Shown here: one piece after another, positions 1 through 10,421 of the stretch | Position numbering within the stretch: position 1 is the first letter of the stretch | Layout of the letters: each line of letters starts with the position of its first letter | Made by a program: the position numbers and the translations under genes | Source of the DNA: Amoebophrya sp. A120 | Taxonomy: Eukaryota; Protista; Dinoflagellata | Length of the DNA: 25,395 nucleotides | Direction: 5' to 3' | NCBI GenBank assembly: GCA_905178155.1 | Contig: CAJINV010000044.1 | Coordinates: 21,502 to 46,896, forward strand | Notes under the pieces: generated by a model | Told to the model about the DNA's origin: nothing | The model's database searches: none | The model's input: only the letters and a program-made list of their open reading frames with translations

Positions 1-290
1 CAGCTTCACCAGCTTCGCCCATTTTTCGGGATTTGCCAAATTCGACGAATTCATCAGCTTCACCAGCTTCCCCCATTTTTCCGGATTTGCCAAATTTGAC
101 GAATTCATCAGCTTCACCAGCTTCGCCCATTTTTCGGGATTTGCCAAATTCGACGAATTCATCAGCTTCACCAGCTTCGCCCATTTTTCGGGATTTGCCA
201 AATTCGACGAATTCATCAGCTTCATCAGCTTCCCCCATTTTTCCGGATTTGCCAAATTTGGCAAATTCATCAGCTTCACCAGCTTCACCA
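1..290. repeat. Left subterminal 54-bp tandem array (at least 5 copies, truncated by window start)
   Basis: CAGCTTCACCAGCTTC or a one-mismatch variant recurs at 1, 55, 109, 163, 217 and 271. Perfect 20-bp palindrome ATTTGCCAAATTTGGCAAAT at 247-266. Confidence 0.95.
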
Positions 291-356
291 ACGCCCTGGC
301 ATTCTCACGCCGCGCGCGCGCACGTTTTACCAGATTCGCCCGGGGGCTGAATCGAA

Positions 357-935
357 GGGCGCTTATATAAAGGAAGACGGAGACAGGGCCGCCGGGCTTT
401 GATAGAAAGGGGGAAGACCAAACCGACGGGCGCTGATAGAAAAGGGGAAGACAAAACCGGCGGGCGCGGAAGTAAAGGAGGAGACAAAACCGACGGCGCG
501 GGCGCTGATATAAAGGAGGCGGACCCGACGGACTTCGTCAAAAATCTCGGAAGCAGGATGAAGCTCGTGCAGGATCCGACGGACTTCGTCAAAAATCCCG
601 GAAGATGGCCGAGCAAGATGAACCCGTACTCTGAGGAGGGGGGTGGCCCATCTGGGTCGGGGCCGGCGGGTGTTGATATAAAGGAGGAGACACCGCCGAC
701 GTTTGTCAAAAACCTCGGAAGCAGCATGGAGCTCGTGAAGGATCCGACGGACTTTGTCAAAAATCCCGGAGGGTGGCCGATCAGGATGAGCCCTTACTTT
801 GAGGAGGGGGATGGCCCATCTGGGTCGGAACCGCCGGGCGCTGATATAAAGGAGGGGAAAAAACCGCCGGGCGCTGATAGAAAAGGGGGAGACCAAACCG
901 CCGGGCGCTGATATAAAAGGGAGAAGATGGCGTGA
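357..935. repeat. Purine-rich repeat block with a 168-bp tandem duplication and repeated GGGCGCTGATA(T/G)AAAGG motifs
   Basis: GATATAAAGGAG at 507, 675 and 843 (168-bp spacing). GACGGACTT(C/T)GTCAAAAA-like motif four times. Shorter GGGCGCTGATAGAAAAGGGG units flank the duplication. Confidence 0.9.
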
Positions 936-961
936 GGAGGGGGGTGGCCCATCCGAGTCGG

Positions 962-3900
962 AGCAGCCGGGTCGCCTCCATTCCCCCTTTTAACATTGGA
1001 AAAAGATGGCAGCCGGGTCGATTCCATTCCCCCTTTTAACATTGAAAAAAGACGGCAGCCGAGGCACGTCCGTTCCCCCTTTTAACATTGGAAAAAGACG
1101 GCAGCCGGGTGGCCTCCATTCCTCCTCCTAACATAGGAAAAAGATGGCAGCCCATTCACCTCCATTCCCCCTTTTAACATTGGAAAAAGATCGCGGGCGG
1201 ACCATGTCCGGATCACCTCCGTTCCCCCTTTTAACATAGGAAGAAGATGGCAGCCCGTTCACCTCCATTCCTCCTTTTAACTAACATGGGAAAAAGATGG
1301 CGGGCGGACCATGTCCGGATCACCTCCATTCCCCCTTTTACCATAGGAAGAAGATGGCAGCCGGGTCACCTCCATTCCTCCTCTTAACATTGGAAAAAGA
1401 TGAGAGCCGGCTCGCCTCCATTCCTCCTTTTAACATGGGAAAAAGATGGCGGGCGGACCGTGTCCGGATCACCTCCATTCCCCCTTCTAGCATAGGAAGA
1501 AGATGGCAGCCCGTTCGCCTCCATTCCTCCTTTTAACATTGGAAAAAGATGGCGGGCGGACCATGTCCGGATCACCTCCATTCCCCCTTTTAACATAGGA
1601 AGAAGATGGCAGCCCGCTCACCTCCATTCCTCCTTTTAACATTGGAAAAAGATGGCGGGCGGACCATGTCCGGATCACCTCCATTCCCCCTTTTACCATA
1701 GGAAGAAGATGGCAACCGGGCCACCTCCATTCCGCCTCTTAACATTGGAAAAAGATGAGAGCCGGCTCGCCTCCATTCCTCCTTTTAACATTGGAAAAGA
1801 TGGCGGGCGGACCATGTCCGGATCACCTCCATTCCCCCTTTTAACATAGGAAGAAGATGGCAGCCCGCTCGCCTCCATTCCTCCTTTTAACATTGGAAAA
1901 AGATGGCGGGCGGACCATGTCCGGATCACCTCCATTCCCCCTTTTAACATAGGAAGAAGATGGCAGCCCGCTCACCTCCATTCCTCCTTTTAACATTGGA
2001 AAAAGATGGCGGGCGGACCATGTCCGGATCACCTCCATTCCCCCTTTTACCATAGGAAGAAGATGGCAACCGGGCCACCTCCATTCCGCCTCTTAACATT
2101 GGAAAAAGATGAGAGCCGGCTCGCCTCCATTCCTCCTTTTAACATTGGAAAAAGATGGCGGGTGGACCATGTCCGGATCACCTCCATTCCCCCTTTTAAC
2201 ATAGGAAGAAGATGGCAGCCCGCTCACCTCCATTCCTCCTTTTAACATTGGAAAAAGATGGCGGGCGGACCATGTCCGGATCACCTCCATTCCCCCTTTT
2301 AACATAGGAAGAAGATGGCAGCCCGCTCACCTCCATTCCTCCTTTTAACATTGGAAAAAGATGGCGGGCGGACCATGTCCGGAGCACCTCCATTCCCCCT
2401 TTTACCATAGGAAGAAGATGGCAACCGGGCCACCTCCATTCCGCCTCTTAACATTGGAAAAAGATGAGAGCCGGCTCGCCTCCATTCCTCCTTTTAACAT
2501 TGGAAAAAGATGGCGGGCGGACCGTGTCCGGATCACCTCCATTCCCCCTTCTAGCATAGGAAGAAGATGGCAGCCCGTTCACCTCCATTCCTCCTTTTAA
2601 CATTGGAAAAAGATGGCGGGCGGACCATGTCCGGATCACCTCCATTCCCCCTTTTACCATAGGAAGAAGATGGCAACCGGGTCACCTCCATTCCTCCTCT
2701 TAACATTGGAAAAAGATGAGAGCCGGCTCGCCTCCATTCCTCCTTTTAACATTGGAAAAAGATGGCGGGCGGACCGTGTCCGGATCACCTCCATTCCCCC
2801 TTCTAGCATAGGAAGAAGATGGCAGCCCGTTCGCCTCCATTCCTCCTTCTAACATTGGAAAAAGATGGCGGGCGGACCATGTCCGGATCACCTCCATTCC
2901 CCCTTTTACCATAGGAAGAAGATGGCAGCCGGGTCACCTCCATTCCTCCTCTTAACATTGGAAAAAGATGAGAGCCGGCTCGCCTCCATTCCTCCTTTTA
3001 ACATGGGAAAAAGATGGCGGGCGGACCGTGTCCGGATCACCTCCATTCCCCCTTCTAGCATAGGAAGAAGATGGCAGCCCGTTCGCCTCCATTCCTCCTT
3101 CTAACATTGGAAAAAGATGGCGGGCGGACCATGTCCGGATCACCTCCATTCCCCCTTTTACCATAGGAAGAAGATGGCAGCCGGGTCACCTCCATTCCTC
3201 CTCTTAACATTGGAAAAAGATGAGAGCCGGCTCGCCTCCATTCCTCCTTTTAACATGGGAAAAAGATGGCGGGCGGACCGTGTCCGGATCACCTCCATTC
3301 CCCCTTCTAGCATAGGAAGAAGATGGCAGCCCGTTCGCCTCCATTCCTCCTTTTAACATTGGAACAAGATGGCGGGTGGACCATGTCCGGATCACCTCCA
3401 TTCCCCCTTTTAAAATAGGAAGAAGATGGCAACCGGGTCGCCTCCATTCCCCCTTTTAACATTGGAAAAAGATGGCAGCCGGGTCGATTCCATTCCCCCT
3501 TTGAACATTGAAAAAAGACGGCAGCCGAGGCACGTCCGTTCCCCCTTTTAACATTGGAAAAAGACGGCAGCCGGGTGACCTCCATTCCTCCTCCTAAGTA
3601 ACATAGGAAAAAGATGGCAGCCCGTTCACCTCCATTCCCCCTTTTAACATTGGAAAAAGATGGCGGGTGGACCGTGTCCGGATCACCTCCATTCCCCCTC
3701 TTAACATAGGAAGAAGATGGCAGCCCGTTCACCTCCATTCCTCCTTTTAACATTGGAAAAAGATGGCGGGCGGACCATGTCCGGATCACCTCCATTCCCC
3801 CTTTTACCATAGGAAGAAGATGGCAACCGGGTCACCTCCATTCCTCCTCTTAACATTGGAAAAAGATGAGAGCCGGCTCGCCTCCATTCCTCCTTTTAAC

Positions 3901-3992
3901 ATTGGAAAAAGACGGCAGCCGAGGGACGTCCATTCCCCCTTTTAACATTGGAAAAAGACGGCAACTGGGTGACCTCCATTCTCCCTTTTAAC
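962..3992. repeat. ~3-kb higher-order satellite of 46- and 57-bp monomers
   Basis: Core CCTCCATTCC(C/T)CCTTTTAACATTGGAAAAAGATGGC alternates with a few recurring linkers (GGGCGGACCATGTCCGGATCA, AGCCCGTTCA, AGCCGGGTCA and a GAGAGCCGGCTCG variant). Higher-order periods of 103, 252 and 354-355 bp are visible in the repeated ORF starts 1297/1652/2006/2361/2613/2865/3117. Confidence 0.95.
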
Positions 3993-4278
3993 GAGAGGCC
4001 AATCAAGCTCCACTGCTCAGATATTCGACAGAGGGCGACTGGAGTGCTCGCAAACCCGAGAGAGGCCAGGGCGCGCATGTTTTGCGTCGTCGGAAACAGA
4101 GCGAGAGACAGCATGCCCAGGAGCTTGGCCGCAAGCCGCATCGGGCAGGCTCGTCGCTCGTTCGCTTGCATTGTTGCGCTGGCAAAGTAGAGGCACGGAA
4201 AAGCAAGGGAGACCGAGAGACCAATCAAGCTGCACTGCTCAGACATTCGACAGAGAGCGACCGGAGTGCTCGCAAACC
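3992..4278 (+). promoter_or_regulatory. Pair of 65-bp direct repeats containing CCAAT, upstream of the element gene; possible promoter
   Basis: 3992-4056 and 4214-4278 are near identical (CGAGAG(G/A)CCAATCAAGCT...GGAGTGCTCGCAAACC). They end about 155 bp before the ATG at 4435. The repeat is seen directly; the promoter role is inferred. Confidence 0.45.
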
Positions 4279-4434
4279 GACCGGCCTGCCCGCATAATCA
4301 CCAAACACACGCGCGCGCACACAATAGCACGCGCGACAATCTTAGGAATGTAGCTCACCTCCTTCAGCTTTTCGCTACTTAAAGTCAAAGAGACAGAAAG
4401 ACACGACTCCAACCACACCACACCACCGAAAACA

Positions 4435-5816
4435 ATGGCGCGCCAACGTGCGGAGGAGGCGCCAAACACTGCGGCGCGATTGCTGCTGATGTTGTTCGTC
4501 CTGCCCGCGGTGCTATTTGTCGAGGCGCTCTGCCTCTGCGGGGGCTACGTCCTAGGAATTTGGACGAAGCTCGCCGCCAAGCCCTGTGGCCAGTTCGTAC
4601 ACCCCAACAACGCCCGGAGAGACAGCTGCCTCTGGACAGCGGTGCGGCAGGCGACGGACCATGGCCCGGGGTTGCCACCGAGCCGGCTGCGCTGGCTCTG
4701 CGGCAAGCATGCGGGCCAGTGTGGTGACGTCGGGGACGTCGCCACACTGGCCCTCATCTTCGGCAGGCCGATCGCGATACATCTTCCCGACACCGCGTCG
4801 ACCGTCGTCGTTATGGAGCCAGGAATGAACGCGGCGGCCCTGGTGCCGCTGCTGTTGCACAACAAACACTACGAGGCGTTCCGTTCCCTCACCGCCCTGC
4901 TCGATTGCGCCGGCGGGCTAGCGGGCGCGGTCGTAATCGATCCGCGGAAAGTGGCGGCCCGGCTTCCCGCCTGGAAGGCCGCGGCGCTGCTCGGCGGTGC
5001 CACCGGGCCCGGCGCATCTCCAGGCCAGGCCTTCGCGCAGAAGGTGCGGGCACTGCTGCGGCGGTTCTTCAGCCGAAGCGCTAGCCAGGAGCAGCTCTAC
5101 TCCAGGGCGGACCTGGATGCCTTTGTGGCGGCGCAGGGCCTTCAGGATGAGGCGGAACGGGTCGAGGAGGTCCTCGGGAAGCTCATGGACTTGGGAACCA
5201 TCACCGACGTCGACGGCACCCACCTGGAATATCTCGGGGGACTCACCCCAGCGGCGGCACAACCGCGCACGCCGGCGCACAGCGTGGCCAACCAACGCAG
5301 CCCGTTCCCAAACAGCCGCCGCCGGCTTTTCCACGATGACGGTGATGCACCGGACTCGCCCAACACAATACCCAACCAGGCCGACAACTTGGAGCCGCAG
5401 CAGATGGTCGCGGCGCAGGTGGTCGCCGCCCCACCCCCTGCGAACCCCGGCCCAATTGTTCCCGCACCAGCGCGGGCCGGGGCGCACCACTTCGGCCCAG
5501 AAGGACTCAACATCCCCTCCATTCGTGGCGGGCTGGAGGATTGGGCGGGCCGCTTTCGTCAGGAGGTGGGCGAAACGGAGCCGGCCTACCTTGGTCGCGT
5601 CCTGGCCTCCTACGCGCGGGAAAAAGAGAACGAGGCCGGGGAGCAATACTCGACCTGCCACAGCGTCGCCCTGTTGTATTTGCTCGCCCGCCACCGTCTC
5701 ACCCTCGTCGACCAAAAGTGGCACATGTGGCAGCAGCATTGGCATGAATGTTGCGAGGCGGAGGCCTCCTCGTTGGTGCAGCGTCAGTTGGAGGGTATCG
5801 GGGCCAGTTCTCTGGC
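4435..5816 (+). CDS. Exon 1: OTU-like cysteine protease domain, winged-helix-like segment, start of D5 N-terminal domain
   Basis: DSCLWTAV (Cys codon 4627), CGDVGDVATLALIFGRPIAIH and LLLHNKHYEA (His codon 4867) follow the OTU pattern DGNCLFRA ... WG..E...L...F...I.V ... L.Y..NHY. LVDQKWHMWQQHW resembles the start of the D5_N domain. Confidence 0.75.
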
Positions 5817-7071
5817 TAAAAAGTGGCTAAATTTTTCGGGATTTTTTCAAGACCCCAGGGCGCAGGTGGCGCCGTGTGTGGTCTGGCGAGCCCTCCGCCT
5901 TTGGCAATGCTTTTCCGCTTCCCCCGCCTTGGCCGCTTCTTCCGGCCCAATTTGTTCCGGCGGGCCTTTGGGGCAGTTGGCCCGTGGCTTCTGCCGCCGC
6001 CGGGTTTTTTGCGTTTGGCCCCGGGCCGGGTTTTAAAATATAAAAATTTGCCCGGTTTTCTGTCGAAATGTGTCGCCTTGGGATTTTGGTCAAATTCCCG
6101 GTGCTGGTATGCCGGACATTTTTGCGCTCCGCAAAATATCTGGCCGCTTCGTCATGTGTGTGGTTGGTTGGGTTGTTATCTCGGGAAGAGCATGTTCGAG
6201 ATGGTGTGCGTCGCTATCTCGACCATGCCATCTGGTCTGGTTCTGTGAAAGGTGTTCGGCATTGCGCCCCGCGGGGCAAAATATTTGTAGTTCTGACAAC
6301 GTCGGCCTTCATCATGGGACTCTTGTTCTAACTCCGGCTTTGGAAATTTAGGAGTCGAGATGGCTTCTGTGTTTCCAAAGTCGCGGGATTCACGCTGTTT
6401 CATCTGCGAAGTCCGTGGCTAATTCGGCAAAGTGGGAACTTCCTTAGGGAAATCCCTGTGCTGCCGAATTTAGCCGTTCGGAGAGCAGATGAAAAAGGTG
6501 CGGATCCCGAAAAAGTTAGAACAAGGAGTAGAGGGTCGATTTAGAACATGATTTAGCCGGGCGATTTAGAACAAAAAATAGAAGCCGATTTAGAATAAGA
6601 TTTAGCGGGCTGATTTAGAACAATACTTAGCCGCCCGATTTAGAGCAAAATTTTGCCGCCCTCGGCTAAGTCGTTGATTTAGCCGCGGGTAGCAAAGCTT
6701 GAAGCTCGGTGTTGGGTCGATGGTGGGGCTGGCGCAAATTTTGAAACCCACGAACGGGGTGGGCGCTCACCCATATCCGGGCTCCGCCCGGAGTTTCATC
6801 GGGATCGGCTTCTGTTTGGGTCTGTCTTTCCTGGGGTAAGGGTTTGTTGTCCTCGTGGGTTTCCATGTTCTCTTGGCAAGTGGGCTTCGTATGTTTCCGT
6901 GCGTGTCTTGTCCGGGTTGTTGTGCAAAAGCCGCCTGCACCTCCTTGGGGCTTTTGTTTTCCCCCACCCGTTCCGATCGGGTGTTTCCTTTTCGTGTGAT
7001 AGCAGTTCCACCGGGCCCATTTTTCGCTTCGTGGACTTTTCAAAAATCCCGAAAAAATTAGCCACAATTTA
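5817..7071. mobile_element. 1.26-kb foldback insert / non-canonical intron 1 in the helicase gene
   Basis: Imperfect ~40-bp terminal inverted repeats: GCTAAAAAGTGGCTAAATTTTTCGGGATTTTTTCAA vs TTCAAAAATCCCGAAAAAATTAGCCACAATTTAGC. GC direct repeat at 5815-5816 and 7072-7073. Removing 1257 nt restores the frame. Internal hairpin centred at ~6445 and GATTTAG repeats at 6538-6680. Confidence 0.8.
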
Positions 7072-7073
7072 GC

Positions 7074-8319
7074 GGGCGAAATCGCCCCGCGTCCTCCAAC
7101 TGAGCAGCGCCTATGGTCGGACGTGCGGCAGGTAGCAGGCCTCGAGTCCCAATACCTCAAGCAGTTTGGCAAGCTTATGCGCAACAAGGTCGAGATGCTC
7201 CCGAAGAAATCCGAGGCGGCTTTCGTATCTCGCGCGGGGTTTGATCAGAATCCGCGGTGGTTTGCGTTGCGCAATTGCGTTTACGATGTTGCTGGCAGGG
7301 TCTTCACCAAATTAACGCCCGACCACATGGCCTGCCGTTTTGCCCCGATTGACATCCCGGAGCAGCTCATCGACAACCCAGACTGGGCCACGGCTTTGGA
7401 CGCAATGCAGAGAGCCGGGCGCGCGCCGTCTTTTGAAGGCGTGCAGGACTTCTTCTCCTCCCTCTTTGAGAAAGATGAACAAGAAGCAGCGCACCGCTAT
7501 GACAAGGGCCCCGACAGGGAGACGATGGAGCTGCTCCTCGACGCGCTTGCCGCATCAGTTACGGGAGTCCCCCTGCATCGGTTCAGCTACCTCTTCAGCC
7601 CCCGGGGAAGACAGGGGAAGGGCTTGCTGCGGAAACTCGTGCGCGCGGCCTTCGGGCGCTATTTCACACAGGTGAAGCCGCAAGTCTTCTGCACCGACAA
7701 GCGCGGGGTGGATGAGCACAGCGCATTCTTTTACGCATCGCTCGGGGCGCGGCTCATGTGGATGGATGAGGTCTCGGATACGCAGTGTTGGGACATTACT
7801 CGCTTCTGCAATTATGTGTCCGCGGACACATTGCCAGCGCGGCAGATCAAGTCCGCGGCAATGCGCGAAATCGATCCGACCTGGCAATGGTTTGGGACTG
7901 GGAACGTTGCCCCGCGATTCTTGAAACCAGTCACCCAGCCCGACAAGACTCGCTTCCAGACGTTCTACTTCCCGATCCGGTTCCTCCAGGCCGGAGAGCG
8001 GCAGACCTCCCCAAGAAGCCGGCCGGCAAGTCAAGCGATCGACGAGGAGGTCGAGCGCTTGGCGCCTTCGTTTATGCTCTTCCTCCTGCACCGCCACGCC
8101 ACGCGGGACGTAGCCGAGAACGCGAAGGGCGCGAAGGAGGCCGGCCAACGTTGGCACCCGGAATTCTTCCCGAACATCGTGGGGGACTGGGCCGCGGAGT
8201 GGGTTAGCCCGGTCACCGTCGAGATGTTTGGCGCCCCTGTGAAACTCGGCGAAGCCACGCGAATCGGCCCGGCCGATTTGTACGCGAAGCGCGCAGAGTT
8301 CGTCGCCACTTCCGACCGC
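7074..8319 (+). CDS. Exon 2: D5-like (poxvirus D5 / P4-family) superfamily 3 helicase
   Basis: D5_N motif NPRWFALRNCVYDVAGRVFTKLTPDH. Walker A-like SPRGRQGKG (7597-7623), Walker B GARLMWMDE, motif C GTGNVAP, arginine-finger region DKTRF. The frame is open upstream of the called 7123 start, back to the insert boundary. Confidence 0.9.
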
Positions 8320-9374
8320 TCAGGCAGACAGGCCCGGGCGACCTAATAAGTTTAATCGGACTCTAAAAAATTGCTAATTTGCAAACCCCCCGAAGCCAGA
8401 AACTATGCCCGGAGGCACAGCAGAAAGAAGCCTGCCAGCAAGGACGAATGAGGAAGCGAAGACCTGCTCTTTAACGCCATTCAGATAACAAAGCAAGACA
8501 ACTACCGGACGCCGGCCCTCGCGAACAAATGCGACGACCCAAGCGCCCGGCCACGGTAGCCCAACCATGTCCGCCCGGAAACCAACCTCGGAGAAAACCC
8601 TGCTAATTTGTCTGCTAATTTTACCCCCCCGACCCCCTTGCGGGAGTCTGCTAAACGCCACAGACAATTCCAAGAAAGCCCCTGCTAATTGGGTCTTTAA
8701 TTGGGTGCTAATTTTTTTTGGTGTCTGCTAATACGTCTGCTAATTTGTCTGCTAATTGAGCCCCCCCCCGGATGCGAATGCGTCTGCTAATTTGTCTGCA
8801 AAGCCAAAAACCAATGCGATTTCCCTGTTGTTCAAAACTGCTCGAACAACAGGGAAATCCCATTGGATTTCTTTGCTTTGCGCAATTAGCGCTTGGTTAG
8901 CAGACCCAAAACACAACGCCCGAACCAATTAGCTTACTATTAGGAGTGGGGTTAGCAGACCCCTTCCCGAAAAGGCCCAAAATTTTAGCTGACTATTAGA
9001 AGTGCAAGTTAGCAACTGCGTTCTGGGCACTTTTCTGAAAATTCATGACCCGATTAGCGGACTAATTTAGCGGACTCCGGAAGCCTACCTCATCAAAGGC
9101 CGGAATGTCCCAACCGGACCCCACAGAGACAAACCGGCAGGCCCGTGCCACAAAATACACGCACGACGGGCGACATACCCGCCGTCCGGCAGGCCAACGA
9201 AAATGCGGCCCACCCATCAAAGCTGAAAACCCAGAGAAGAGCCGGCCGCGCGACTGCGTCGGGCCTTGAAAACACGGAAAGCCCGAAAGCCTGCCGGGGC
9301 CCGGGCGCCGGTTCAATTTAGCAAATTTTTAGGCTGCAATTAGGGCGGGAATTCGCCCGGGCCTGTCTGCCTGA
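8320..9374. mobile_element. 1.06-kb foldback insert / non-canonical intron 2 with 22-bp perfect TIR and GACCGC direct repeat
   Basis: TCAGGCAGACAGGCCCGGGCGA (8320-8341) is the exact reverse complement of 9353-9374. GACCGC at 8314-8319 and 9375-9380. Central hairpin at 8812-8865. GTCTGCTAA repeats on the left arm, TTAGCAGAC on the right. Removal fuses the helicase ORF to the 9390-9863 ORF. Confidence 0.9.
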
Positions 9375-9380
9375 GACCGC

Positions 9381-10306
9381 TATCGGTTTGTGGCGTATGA
9401 CCTTAAGCCATTCGAGGCCAGCCCGAACCTCTTCCGCGAGGCTTGTGAGCAGGAATTCGGAAAAAAGACACAAAAGAGGGGCGCAGCCGTTCCGGGCCGT
9501 GCTTACACTCTTCCCGGCCGCCTTCTTTCCCGGGACGAGCAGGGCCCCAACGCAGACGAGGCGGAGGACATAAGCATGTCCCCCGGTGCGGAGGATGCGG
9601 CGGCAGCAGCGCAGCGCCAGAAAGACGAGGAACTCATCAACTTTCTGCATGGCGGCGCCCCCCCACAGGAGTGTGGGCCCCTCGCCACCGTCTGCATTAA
9701 GTGCGGCTGCGCACTTACCGGCGCCACTGCCCGAGCCACCGCGCAAGTTCTCCAATCCAATCTGACGACGTGCGACGCCATCCACGTCGGGAAGCGCTGC
9801 TGCTCTAAGTTGTGCGGCGCATGGCACCGCTGCGGCTACGTTGTAAACAACGGGAAACATTAGAACACCTGGGAAACGGTGGACGAGCTGAAGGCGCGCG
9901 GGGTCTTCTTCCTGACGACGACCCTGGGGATTGCCGTCGACCAGGTCGAACTTTTTCGGGGCCGCGTGCTCCGGTCCCGGACTACGGGAACGAATGGCAG
10001 AAGCCTGGCGCGCAGGTCTCCGCACCAAGCTTGCCACCAGCCGCGTCACGGAGTACCTCTGGACAGCCTATTGCGCCTACGAGCTTCTCGCGCTGCGCTG
10101 GACGGGCTTCGTCGTGGCGCCGATGCCTGTCATGCTGAACGCCTTCGCCCTCAATGACATCAAGACCACCCCCATCGGTGCGGAGGACGAGCTGGCGCAG
10201 ATGGAAACGGCTGCCATCGATGGCAATCAAAAAGTGAACCGCGTCAAGGAAGCCGGGGAAGCCTGCCCGTATTCCGCGGCCGCGCGCCCGCGCGGGCGCC
10301 CGAAAG
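9381..10306 (+). CDS. Exon 3: rest of helicase C-terminal winged helix, CxC-type cysteine cluster, first catalytic region of KDZ transposase (disrupted)
   Basis: DLYAKRAEF..SPNLFREACEQEFGKKTQKR..RAYTL fits the D5 C-terminal wHTH pattern. CIKCGCAL..KRCCSKLCGAWHRCGYVVNNG fits KDZ-associated CxC5-like clusters. AAIDGNQKVNR (Asp codon 10219) fits the KDZ DGN motif. Contains TAG at 9861 and a frameshift near 9990. Confidence 0.7.
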
Positions 10307-10421
10307 GTTTGCAGAGCCTTGCGCTTTTTATTTTAGCTGTTTGGCCGCGCAAGTTTAATTTCTTTGGGTTTTGTGTGTTCCGTCTTATTGAAACGCAGCA
10401 CCGCACTGACTGACCACACAG
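10307..10421 (+). other. Canonical 115-nt GT-AG intron
   Basis: AAG|GTTTGC donor, T-rich body, CTGACTGAC branch-like motif at 10406-10414, CACAG|G acceptor. Splicing yields the AT-hook-like peptide PRGRPKGSPNKK. Confidence 0.7.

Noticed and set aside
33-3945. Many short ORFs in the left arrays and satellite
   Set aside because: They are translations of tandem repeats on both strands. The 46- and 57-bp monomers do not hold one frame.
962-3992. CRISPR array
   Set aside because: The linkers are short and drawn from a few recurring types rather than being unique spacers. There are no cas-like ORFs and the context is eukaryotic.
5817-6036. C-terminal tail of the 533-aa ORF
   Set aside because: It is read-through into the TIR of foldback insert 1. 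The protein continues at 7074.
9861-9863. TAG as evidence of stop-codon reassignment
   Set aside because: It is a single case next to two frameshifts. The long Gln-rich host and element exons contain no in-frame stops, so a standard code with a lesion is simpler.
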